NCBI GenBank assembly: GCA_964016885.1 | Contig: OZ024745.1 | Span: 41,168,001-41,232,000, forward strand | From: Eledone cirrhosa | Taxonomy: Eukaryota | DNA length: 64,000 nt | Direction of reading: 5' to 3' | Shown: positions 44,301 through 57,433 of the stretch, piece after piece | Numbering within the stretch: the stretch's first letter is position 1 | Layout: each line of letters opens with the position of its first letter | Made by a program: the position numbers and the translations under genes | The notes under the pieces: model-generated | What the model was told of the DNA's origin: nothing | Seen by the model: only the letters and a program-made list of their open reading frames with translations | Database searches by the model: none

Positions 44301-45770
44301 CAAATACGAATAAATAGGGAAAATATGTTTATTCAAAAATATAGACCAGCATTAAATATAGTTTAATATACATTATGTCAACACCATAACAGGCTAACCA
44401 TCCAAACAGACACATACATACACACACACATAACACCTACTTTAGAAAATAAAAACCAGAAGTAAATAAACCTTAACATGCGGTAATACTCTAACACCTT
44501 AACATGCTAACCACACCCCCACACACACATTACTCCCTCCCCCATTTCTACTAACGGAATCAGTTTCCTACACACACACACACACACAAACGATATATAT
44601 ATTCTCTCCATCTTAACATGCTGACCATACTCCCGCACACACATACACACACACACATAACACCCATACACATACACAACTCCCTCTCCCATTTCTACTA
44701 ATAGAATCATTTTCCTACACACACACACACATACACAATATATATATTCTCTCCAGCTTAATATGCTAACCATTCTCCCCCACACACATAACACCCATAC
44801 ACACACACAACTCCCTCCCCCATTTCTACTATAGAATCATCTTCCTACACACACACACAAACACACACACACATACATGCACATACATATCTCTACTTTC
44901 TTTATTTCAATAGAAAGTCTGAATTCTGACACCCCAGCGCACCAGCCATATTTACTGAACCAGGACAATCCTCCCCATCCCATTTTTCTTGACCTTTATC
45001 TTTTGTTTGGCACACAATTCTCTAAAGGGCTACAAAATAAATTCCCAAATGCGGGCGCGAAATTTAATGTACTTTTTCACGTGACAGTCATAATTTTATT
45101 TATAACCAATCAAATTACATTTCAGCACATCAGTTATATTCATAACAACTCTCTCCATCCCTTTTTCTTGACCATTATCTTTTGTTTGGCAACAAATTCT
45201 TTAAAGGACTATAAAAAAATTCCAAAATACGGACGCGAAATGTAATGTACTTGTTCACGTGACAGTCATAATTTCATTTATAACCAATCAAATTACATTT
45301 ATAAAAAAAAAAGCCTTTGTGAGCCACCTTTTTTTAAGTAAAAAGAAATTCAAACCCAAACTGGCGCGAAAGCTGATGTGCTTATTCATGTGACTGCATC
45401 AACCAACCAAACTTCACTCATATATGAAAAAACAACATGAGCCCCCCCACCCCACCCCACCCCACCCCTTTGTTTGAAGACAAATATAATAAGAACTTTG
45501 TAACGCGAGCTGACGCGAAATTTATTATACTTATTCACCAACCAACCAAATTACTTCTCTAAAAGCCTGGCATTTCGAGCCACTTTTTTCCATATAAAAC
45601 AGAAGTAACATTCAAAGACCAACCAGATGTGAGAAAAACCACAAACCCTCCATATCAGTTCTACTTTTGAAAAGCAGAAGAACTGCGAAACCGGTAAAGG
45701 AACCAAATAAATATATATATTTTTTTTAAAAAAGACTCCAGCTGCATTTTCGATTTCATCTTTTTTTCTG
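41315..45770 (+). mobile_element. Penelope-like element (Neptune-like Cys linker) with inverted pLTR at 41315-41890 and 3' pLTR at about 45170-45770; frameshifted ORF about 41870-44365
   Basis: KEADKG, GLPKIHK, LYTTIPH, GTAMGTKAAPTYANL, WKRYLD, SNHP, KKCDRSNCGTC and YAIKC..YIGQT motifs. Terminal inverted copy of about 570 bp; ~130-bp triplication in the 3' UTR (44480-44870). Confidence 0.9.
45659..45702 (+). ncRNA. Minimal hammerhead ribozyme, U3-A8 core variant (inverted copy at 41379-41422)
   Basis: ttctaCTT-TTGAAAA-GCAG aagaa CTGC-GAAA-CCGG-TA-AAGgaa; identical core in both pLTRs. Confidence 0.7.
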
Positions 45771-45813
45771 ATACTTTCACTCGTGTTATTTTTCATTTTG
45801 TAAAAAAACTCAC

Positions 45814-46272
<459 letters not shown>

Positions 46273-46626
46273 ATATAACCATTATTACACACACATACAT
46301 ATATGTGTTTTCAAGTGCATAAAAACAACGATCATTTAGACTGAATAAAGGACTGACTGCAGTAATAATTTCTAATAATCATTGTAATCATATTTATTGT
46401 AATTTCGAATTATTGGTGGCTTATTCACATTTTCTTGGCAGTCTGTCTCCACAAACTACCACTGATGAAACCTTGGATTCTCTATTAAGAAAACGTTTAT
46501 ATATGTATGGCTCGTGCACATATTAAAACAGACACATGCACTCATACATACGAAAACTCATATATACACACACACACACACGCGCAAATATATACATATA
46601 TATATATATAAATATATATATATACA

Positions 46627-46787
<161 letters not shown>

Positions 46788-46820
46788 TTATGCTTTGGGA
46801 GGGTCATGTTGCCAGAAACG

Positions 46821-46915
<95 letters not shown>

Positions 46916-46991
46916 TATGTATACATATATGTGCATGTGGAGGGCGTAGTACATATATGCATACATCAGGCACACACACACACACACGCGC

Positions 46992-47037
<46 letters not shown>

Positions 47038-47614
47038 GTGTGTGTGTAGGTGGGTGTGCGTGTGTGTGTGTACTTTATTTCGAAAACATAAATGCATAGA
47101 AACCACTTAAGGTAATTTATATTAAATTACGAAAAAAATATGTATTTTTCCATCATATACTTCATAAAAGCATTTTCAAAAGAATATTGTGGTACAATAT
47201 TAATTCTTCATATAATTGAGGACTGAAATATTTCTTCAGCTTTGTTCAATATGCTAAACCATTACTATTCCCATTTTCTTCAGGTGTTTTGTTCTGAGAA
47301 CAGCCTGCAATAAAACATGCATACGTCTATCGATAGATGTGTGAGTATGCGTGAGTTCATGCGTTATTATGTTTTGTTTTCTGTATATATATATTTTTTA
47401 TATATTTGGTAGACTCAGTAGAGAAGTCTACCTCATGTTGACTATTGCAACTTCAAATGTAAACATCGTTCAAGAAATGATTTTCTCTGAATATGCCATC
47501 ATATCGCCTCCTGCTGTTTCTCTCTCACTCATTCTTCTTTTTATATCTTTCCTCCAATCTGTACTCGCCCACATTTCATATATATATCTCTTTTCTCCCT
47601 ACCCCCTCTCTCTC

Positions 47615-47703
<89 letters not shown>

Positions 47704-47934
47704 TTATGTTCTTCTGGTTTTGTAATTTCACAATTTTTGCCAGTGTAGAGAAAGTCGGTTTCTAACTTAGTTATAAGACTCTCTCATTGGAATTTACACA
47801 TCAACTAGGTAGATATGTATGCATGTCTGCATGTATGCATGTGTAGGTATGGATGTTATTTTATGTGTGGATGTGGATGTCTTTAGATGTATGTGTGCAT
47901 GTGCATACGCTTTGTATCTGTACATGTGTTATTA

Positions 47935-48235
47935 GATCCAAAATGTTTGGAATGTTTTACATAATTTTATTGTTCCATTAATGGATTGTACTTGTAATTT
48001 CCTAACTAGTTGTGTTCTTTCTGTTTCTGTGAAGCCCAGCTTCTCAAGATTTGTATTGAGGCAGTTACTAACATATCCACATGCCCCAATAATCACAGGT
48101 ATAAACCTGAAGGTATAATCAGGATGGAGTATCTACATATTTCTCATTAGTTCTGCATAAATATTCTCCTTTTCGCTAATCTTTGATATTATATTAGCAT
48201 CTGCTGGGCAGCTAACTTCCACTGCTTTTCCCTGT
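47935..48235 (-). mobile_element. R4/Dong-type RLE 3' fragment
   Basis: AVEVSCPADANIISKISEKENIYAEL..FIPVIIGACG; adjacent to (TATG)n at 48247-48310. Confidence 0.7.
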
Positions 48236-48963
48236 CCCATATCATTATGTGTATGTATGTATGTATGTATGTATGTATGTATGTATGTATGTATGTATGT
48301 ATGTATGTATATATGCATGTATGTATGTTTATGCGGTTGAATGTGCATCTCTGAGTGTATGTGAGCGTGTATTATCTGTCTCTGGATACGTGTATAATCT
48401 AACAAGATCAAAACAAGGAGACGCGAAAGATCAAGAACAGTCATAGAAAAAGTCACAAAGTGTGTGACAAGAGAGTTTTGACAATTAAAGACGACAAGAG
48501 GCACCTGGTTATTAAACTAAGTGGGGAGTACTTTAGTTGCCTAACAACAACTCTTTCGTGAGTTTAAAGGTAACATGGCCCTTCAACACTAAAATATGTG
48601 TATTGACATGCAGTTTCACATCAAGAAGTGCTAAACAGATGCAAAAATTATATATATATATATGTTGGTGGCTATGCATTTCTTGTGCGTACTATTGTGT
48701 GTTCTCTGATTTATTCATGTATAAAATTATTAAATATAGGCAGCTTTTAAAACACTACTCAGGGTAATATTAGCATATGCGAAGTTACCTAAACCTATAC
48801 ATATACACAGACATACTCACAAATATAGTCGTTCATTTTACTGACTAACGTATGTGTGTACTGTTCGTTTCAGGTTTGTATTTTTAACGTAGGAGACTTG
48901 TAATATCATTGAGTGAGTGACGGGTGGGTTATACGGATTCTCTTCGACTAGCTTCGTAAAGCA

Positions 48964-48995
<32 letters not shown>

Positions 48996-49118
48996 ATGTG
49001 TGTATGTGTGTTTACAAGTAATTATATATATTTATATTTGTATGATATATATATACATTTATTAATACGTGTATATACGCTCGTGGATACACATGCACAC
49101 ACGCACGCACACGCACGC

Positions 49119-49181
<63 letters not shown>

Positions 49182-50509
49182 CATGCGTGAGTGTAAGTGT
49201 AAGTGTGGCTTTGCTTTTGAATGCATGTCTGTATTCATGAGATTTCTGTGAATGTTGAAACAGATATATCCCAGTAAGTCCCATAGCCAATCAATCAATA
49301 TTCTTTTATTCTTTCTCGGTGGATTTGTAGTTCGAGAGATCAAAGTGCCAACATAGCATATGTCTGCTTATAGTATATACTTTCTATTATTTTCTACTAC
49401 TCTCTATTGCTGTGTATTGCTAGTTATTAGTCTGTTTTGGTGTACATTGCACCATGTATGATTATATATTCTTTTAATCTTTAACTGGTTTCAGTGAATA
49501 GACTGTTGCTAACCAGAGGTACCACCTCACTGGCAGTTACTCGATCATATCGATCCCAGAATTAAATTTGAAAATCTGTTATATATTTTATCAATCTGTT
49601 TTTTGACAGACCGCTACTTTACATGACTTGAACACAGATACAGCCTCAAATGTTTATACAGCCCGTCTTTTAAACGTGTGGCTGTAGATAACATTTGAGT
49701 AGCAATTCCTTTATTAGAAACTTCTAGAATATTGCAAGTATACCTCTATGTTGACAAAATTATGGGCTTCAGTATTTTCTGTTCCGAACAATCTAAAATG
49801 GCCTTATTTAAAAATGAAAAGTTGAAATTCGAAAGTCTTCAACTATACGCATGTACATACACACATACAGTCAAACCCATTCAAATATATTCATGTTCAT
49901 TACTACAGTTAAGGTGCGATGACTGTCTATATATATATATATGTGTGTGTGGGTGTGTGGGTGTGGGTGTGCGCATGTATGTATGAGCTTGGTGTTAATT
50001 AATAAAGAGAGGAGGATTAGAAGTGTTCCGTGTAGTACATATAGAGAGAGGAGAGTTTGGTGCTAATTGATATACAGAGCGGGATTGAGAGAGACAATTG
50101 TAGATTTTATAGAGTGGGAGAGTGTTTTAATCTTAGATATAGAGAGTGGGATAATAGAGGCGGTGTCCTGGTAGATATAGAGAGAGATAGGGTTTGGTTT
50201 TAGTAGATACAGAGAGGGGGTTAAAAGAGAGTTTTGTGTGGTAGACATAAAGTGTATATATAAATATATATTTGTTTTTCTTCTTTTATTGTCATCTCTT
50301 CAATATGTGTGTATGTGAGTGTATGCATATATGTGCATTTCTGTTTCTTTTATAGATCTATTGACACTGATTTAGTGACTTCTAAATGACGCTGTGCACT
50401 TTTCATCAAGACTGTGTAATGAGAAAGCAAGGGTTGACAGTTCTATCCTTCTTTTCGATAGAGAGAAAGAAAAGAATTATTTAAAACAAAGATCCAAGAG
50501 GATAATATT

Positions 50510-50720
50510 AAGAATGGTTTCTAATTCAGGCGCAAGGAAGCAATTTCAGGGAAGGGAAATTCAGTAATTCGAATCTATTTGGTACTTCATTTTATCGCGC
50601 GCAGAAGAGTGAAGAGAAAATTTGACCTCTGCGGTGTTTGAGCGCATATCGATCAGAGACAGAACAAATGCATTCAAATATTTTTTCTGACACTCTAAAG
50701 ATTCTGTAACTCCACCAACT
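50510..50720 (-). mobile_element. Decayed SINE (other weak remnants at about 49480-49640 and 56790-56950)
   Basis: GGTACTTCATTTTATCG..GTGAAGAGAAAATTTGACC is a degenerate reverse complement of the 29740 SINE core. Confidence 0.45.
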
Positions 50721-52934
50721 TCTCGAGAAAATATAAACAATATGTTGTATCTTACAAGATATTACACTTTCACCTTTTGTCCGCCATTATTCTAACTCTT
50801 TTCCTTTAATAGGTTAAGAAAAGGTTGTTAATGAACTTACTATTTTGGGTTGAAAATACAATCTCACTAACTTCTTGCATAGTTTCATTGTGGTGGGCGT
50901 TCATATCCCAGAAGCTACTTAGAGAGAACTATAGAATAACCGTTGTTTTCTCTGCAGGAGTAAAAATCTATTACAGGTCTCTTACAGCTGGAGAAATAGA
51001 GAATAGAAAAAAGAGATTATTGAATGTTCACATGACTACAATAGATGATACAAAAGAAGTTGATAATCTGTTAAGAAGCTGTTATTACAAATATTCATTA
51101 GGTTTTCTTGTGGTATATTCGTTTTATTTTGCTTTTCATTTTCTACTGTCCTGGAGGGACTAATTAAAAAGTAATGATGTAATCTGGAGATAAAGCAGAT
51201 CTGTCAAAATGGATTTGTTGAGGAGATGAAGCTTTTGATTTTACACGAGAGACAATGCTGTTTCTGCTATTTGCTTCAAGATTTGAAGTAAGGTAATCGG
51301 AGATAACGTTTGATAGAAGTGATTCTTTATCTTTACTCTGCATTTCACAAATTAGACAAACAACTGATACTATGTCAGTACATATATTCGAATCTTTAGC
51401 AAATATAATGCAAATCTATTAGAAAGCAGCCACTGGCAACTGCACCAAAGTGTAGAATATAAAAAATACAAAAAGCACATTCAAAACAAAATATAGTATA
51501 GGACTAATGAAGGCTTTGATTTCTATGTATGTCGGAAACAGCGATGTTTCAAATCAAATTAAACGGTACGTACACGAAATGTTGATAGATATCGTATTGT
51601 AATCGTACTTGTTCGGCGTATTATGCTTCCTCGATCAGAAAGATAATTAAAGCAAAGTTCTGCTTTAAGAGAAATCTCTTGATGTCTAATAAAAGATACA
51701 TAAACGATAATGGTTGGGGCCATTATTAAATTTGTATTGCTCTTATAATGTTTGAAAAACGTTAAACAATAGTCTCCGGTGTGGAAGTATCAATACTTAA
51801 TACAAGCCGTGGTTTGATCGCTGCTTAAATTTGATGCAATCCAGCAGTAGTTATATTAGAGAATCCCAACTGAGTTATAATGTCCCTTGGCTTTACCCGA
51901 TCTTTTAATAGCATGCATCAGAACTCTTAAGTGATTGTTGGTTAGTTTTATTTTCACTTTTGCTTTCCAACGATTGAAGTACAACGAAGCGTTAACTGCG
52001 ATACTCTCAATTGGAATAAGAAGACATCAGAGCCATTGTAAATTCACCAATGTAGCCAACTAAAATATCTATGATTCAGGGGTGGGGAATGGTTTTAATA
52101 CCAGAAGTAAATTGCAAGTTTATAGGAAGATGTGGGAACGCAGCTATGCTGAGAAATATCATGCACACCTTCATGATTATGCATTTTATGATAAATTACT
52201 GTTTAGGTATTCAAGTTATATTGTATATATATATATATATAAAGCATATGATATTTGTTTTGTAATTTAGCGTTGATTTGTAAGACATATTGTGTGTCTC
52301 TGGAACTTTCGTTTCACTTTTTCACTTTCATTTCAACAATCTATATGCATACATGCATGTAAAACAAACACTGGCAAACGCATATATTGAAATAAAGATA
52401 ATCTTGGCATCTTGGACCAAGGCATTCTTCCGAGAATTTGATAGAGAATCAGGAAAAGAAGAGAAAGAAAAGTTAATGGAAAATGTTAAATGGGGAATTC
52501 ACTTGTAGAGAATTGTTGTGTAGAGGAGTTGGATCATGGTAGCTGTTGACAAACCGCAAATGGCAGGCTGGTAAAATCTGATATTCGAAGATAGGAGAAT
52601 GAATGAGTGAGACATATTCTACTTATGCATGTGCTAATGGGGATAGAAATTGTTTTGGCAGTATGCAAATTAGGAGATTAGTGGAGTGAATGTGTGGGTG
52701 ATTACAGTTACTTCGTATGCATGGGATTTCTGAGTAGCGTATGCTGTGATAGTGCTTCATGTCAGCGTGTTTGTATATATGTTGTTTTTTTGTGTGTTTC
52801 ATTATCTTTGTTCCTGTGTGGAGGAGGTTTTGACACGTGTCTGTCTAATACATTATGTTATAGAGACGTGTATGCGTATATGTGAGCGTGTGCGCATAAT
52901 TTTCTTCATATTTATAAATATACATTTATGTATA

Positions 52935-53060
<126 letters not shown>

Positions 53061-53172
53061 CTAATAAATTCCTTTTTAAAAAAAGCACTTTCATTTTATA
53101 TTCATCTTTTCTACATTTTCTCCGAAATATAATTTATACTCGTTGAGCAAACCTACACGTACGCTGTTCATG

Positions 53173-53490
<318 letters not shown>

Positions 53491-53502
53491 ATATATATAT
53501 AT

Positions 53503-53845
53503 ATATAATATAAGACGAAAAATCAGTGATGTATCTGAACTCAATTTATTGTGTGCTACAATTGTTTCGCCGGCGGACAGCTGGAGACGCGATCATTGTG
53601 TGGATCTGTCAGAGAGAATATGCTCCGATATCATTAGACGTGTCCGTCGAACCTGCGGGTCCAGATCAGACAGATCCACACAATGATCGCGTCTCGAGCC
53701 GTCCGCCGGCGAAACAATTGTAACGCAATGAATTGAGTTCAGATGCACCACTGATTTTTCGTTTTATATTATATCATACTCTGCTCTGTAAGTGCATAGA
53801 GTGCTCAACCGGCATACCGCCTATGGAAGCACCTTAGCTACCATC
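53503..53845. mobile_element. Family I fold-back element with degenerate HHR (53554-53640, minus strand)
   Basis: Arms at 53503-53610 and 53669-53773. GAAA-CAATTG-TA in both arms; CTAATGA upstream on the minus strand. Confidence 0.6.
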
Positions 53846-53907
53846 CGATATATATATATATATATACACACACACATATATATATATATACACACACACA
53901 TATATAC

Positions 53908-53942
<35 letters not shown>

Positions 53943-54463
53943 CATATTATATGCATGAACATATATATTCCACTGAGTGCTTGTATATGAGTGTATGTGG
54001 GTGTACGCCTGAATGTGTGTGTATGTGTGTATATGTGTGTTTGTGTGTGTGTGTGTATGTGCGTAAGTGTGTAAGTGTTTCTAATCACTCACGCTCCAGC
54101 TGCTTTGATCAATGAACAATTAAGTAAAGCATGAAATCAATTAAAATTATTTTAGTAATTTTATTTCATAAATTCCTTTTATGCATCTACTTCATATTAC
54201 CCCTCTTCCTTCTTCTCCTAATCTTCATCGTCATTATCCCCATCATCCTCATCATAATCTTCATCATCACCATCATCATCATCATCAACATCATTATCAT
54301 TGTTCGCAACATCATCGTGTCCAGCAACAGTAGCGGCAGTAATTCCATTTTCTCACTATCTCTAAAATTTAGCACTGAAACAGGTATAAAACGAATGTAT
54401 TTCAATGAGTCAGCATCTTTCCACGATTACTTTCATCAAATTGTCATGTAGAATATTTATGCC

Positions 54464-54508
<45 letters not shown>

Positions 54509-54510
<2 letters not shown>

Positions 54511-54660
54511 GTTATTCCGGGTTGAATCGGAGGTAACCACAGTAAGTAAGGTACTCAATACATAGCAGAGTATAACAGTTTTAATATAGATGAGATTCTA
54601 CAGGACTAGAACTGTTTCATTCATTTGAAATCATCAGGAATCTCTGATGATTTCAAATGT
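54509..54660 (-). mobile_element. Family G pLTR with complete HHR (54592-54644) and a 16-bp fold-back starting at CTGATGA
   Basis: GAGATTC-CTGATGA-T TTC aaat GAA T-GAAA-CAG ttctagtc CTG-TA-GAATCTC. Confidence 0.8.
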
Positions 54661-54676
54661 ATATATATATATATTT

Positions 54677-54710
<34 letters not shown>

Positions 54711-54715
<5 letters not shown>

Positions 54716-54927
54716 TAAAATAACAGATTAAAGTTTAAGCAAAGAATCGGTGCTTTCACCCTTAACGGGATCTTCAGAAGATCCCGTTAAGGGTGAAAGC
54801 ACTGATTCCTTGCTTAAACTTTAATCTGTTATTTTAATAAATATTTACTCTACGGTTCTTATATATTTGATATATATTTATCCTTATCGAGCCCTCTTTG
54901 GATTTTAGTCTTCAAATTTATTATTAT

Positions 54928-54932
<5 letters not shown>
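54711..54932. mobile_element. Family H fold-back centred on the HHR core
   Basis: Minus strand from 54777: CTGAAGA-T CCC gttaa GGG T-GAAA-GCA..TGC-TT-aaac. The 5' strand of stem I is replaced by the inversion. Confidence 0.75.
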
Positions 54933-54973
<41 letters not shown>

Positions 54974-55699
54974 GGGGGGGGGGTATCTGTCTGTGTGTGA
55001 GTACGTGCGTGTGTCTATTCATAAATATTTATATACGTTTATATGTATTTATATATATTTATATGTGAGTATGTACGTGTTTGTAAAAACAGAAAATGCA
55101 TCGATGCCTGACAGTCCAATTGTGTATATAATGGTCGTACTAAACCTCTAATGCTAGTTTGGGCAACATGTCGGAGCCTGCGCTGTCGGTGTGATGTATT
55201 GAGACCATGTCAAAACAATGAATGGACAAGAAAAATTTACTATTGCCTTACATGAACATTTACAACTAGAATGTGGTATAAACTGTGTGCAAAACATGTT
55301 GCCAGAATCAGGGGCAAATCGACTTTCGTCGCTGAAATACAGTGCTACCGGTTGAAAACCAAACTAACAGCCTGATGAGAAGAAGTATATATTAGTAGTA
55401 CACAAGTGAGAGATAGTAATGAAGAGAAGAAAGAAACACAGTAATGAAGGGAGAGAGCGATTGAAAGAAGGAAGGAGAAACAGAGTCAGTAGGACTCAAG
55501 CAGGTGAAAACATAGTTTAACAAAATAGGTAGGTGTTTGCGCGTATATATAGATATTTTGTATCAAGAGAAGATGCACGGATATATAACACGGACAGAAA
55601 CATGCATCATCACCATATGTATCGTAATGATGATCGATTATTCTACCCACAACCAGCTTCTGAACAAGATCATGCAATCTAAAAATAAAAAAAGCTGAC

Positions 55700-56700
55700 A
55701 ATACTATCATATAGCCACCACCCTCAAAGTAGACAACAAGTTAGAATGCTTGGCTAGGAGAGAGGCTTATATTGCAAATAAGGATCATAAGGATAACTTC
55801 GTTAATATAACAGCTTGCAGACTCATAAACCCTGCGAAAACTGAAATAGCACTTGCTAATAAAGTAATACTTAAAAACATTAATATAGCCATTAGACAAC
55901 AGTCCACACCTTAATCGTTGGAATAATAGTCAAGTAATCATAGATTGGTTTCACGCCGTCAACAATATAAGACATCTAGGTTCAAACAAAAGACCGCTTA
56001 GTAATACCCCATTACAGGAAAAGGATCCTCTTTAATAATGATGATGCCTGGATTTAAAAAAATCCACTTATTTGATGTGCCGAAGGGATCATTTGAAAGT
56101 GCTGATATATGCGATTTTGTGGAGGTTTTTTTTAATCTTAGCCACGCTAGGTAAGAAATTCCCTGACTTTCATACGGACTTATATCATGATAATGATCTG
56201 GCATTATCGAACCGTATATGTGGCCATGACCTCATCACTTTTAGAAAAAAACCTAATTACTAACTTCAGAACCCACAGACTAAAAGATCATCTCTACCAA
56301 CCTTCCCAGTGTTAACTCCCTAGACGTTAATCTAGACCTACATAAACACACATAGAGACCATGTCTCCTAGATTAAAAGTGCTATACTCCAGCCTTGATA
56401 TCTGAAATAAAAGTGACCTCCACCAGCCAGAGCCAGGAAACTGAAGGCTGGACTTATGTAAGAATATCTAGGAGCCGGTTGAAAAGCCGTTTCCTCAACC
56501 ACGAAATAACCTTCAGGTATCATGACAAAAAAATGTTCTCAGCTTGCGAACCATGTTAGGAACCTCAAAAATAAAGGCACAGCGTTCTCCATTAAATGGA
56601 AGATACTGGAAAAATCCACCACTATGTCACTGGCCGATTCACGGACCGAGTAGCGCTTTGTGTTCTTGAGAAAACTACTTAATTTCACTCTGCATTAGAC
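55700..56700 (+). pseudogene. Decayed, internally deleted Penelope-like element (same type as 13900-16346)
   Basis: KDHKDNF..CRLINPAKTEI, FDVPKGSFESADICD and GLYHDND motifs, plus GIY-YIG-like remnants. Confidence 0.7.
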
Positions 56701-57354
56701 CATTCAGCTAGGAATAAGTACTAGCACTGCCTCAAAGTTAACGCTGCCATAGACTGGCGCGTGATGCAGTGTGTGACAATACTGAAACTCTCAACTGCAG
56801 GTGCAAACCGATGAACAGCGACATATTTTCCATTTACTCACATTTCGGTCTATCCGGGAATATGAAAATGATATTTACCTGAGATGTCACGGAATGGGAT
56901 TTAACATAGAACTTTCTGATTGCAAAATTAAATTCTAACCACACAACTGTGCCTATATTTTAAGAAGAAGAAATTACTTTACTGCCTCAGTTCATGCGTG
57001 CATATCTACAATAAAAATCCTGCAAAGTAATTAAACATCCAAACTTATATTCCCTCAGTAGAGAACATTGATATATTTCACCACCTTTCTTAAACAGTTC
57101 TTATTTCTTTGTAATATATATATGGTGAACACTTCATCCCTCTCTCTATTCCTGGTCTGTTTATATGCCATCCATTCATCGTGGTAGCAATTGCTAAATA
57201 TTGTGTGAGTAAACTAATAATAAAAATATGGCAGAATGTCGGATAGACTGTTCTGCAGGAATCGCTCTGGCTCCTTGCGCACTAAGTTCATGTCGCGGAA
57301 ATGTCAGCTTTGCTTTACATACATTGCAGGTCTTTCCCTCCCTCTCTCTCACTC

Positions 57355-57403
<49 letters not shown>

Positions 57404-57433
57404 AATATATACTCTCTGTATATATCTATCTAT

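Noticed and set aside
46458-46500. CTGATGA..GAAAACGT as another HHR
   Set aside because: Stems I and II cannot be formed convincingly.
50825-51163. 112-aa ORF as a host gene
   Set aside because: Non-ATG start and no recognisable domain; kept only as part of a weak exon candidate.
55371-55400. CTGATGAG as an HHR core
   Set aside because: No stem II or GAAA in range.
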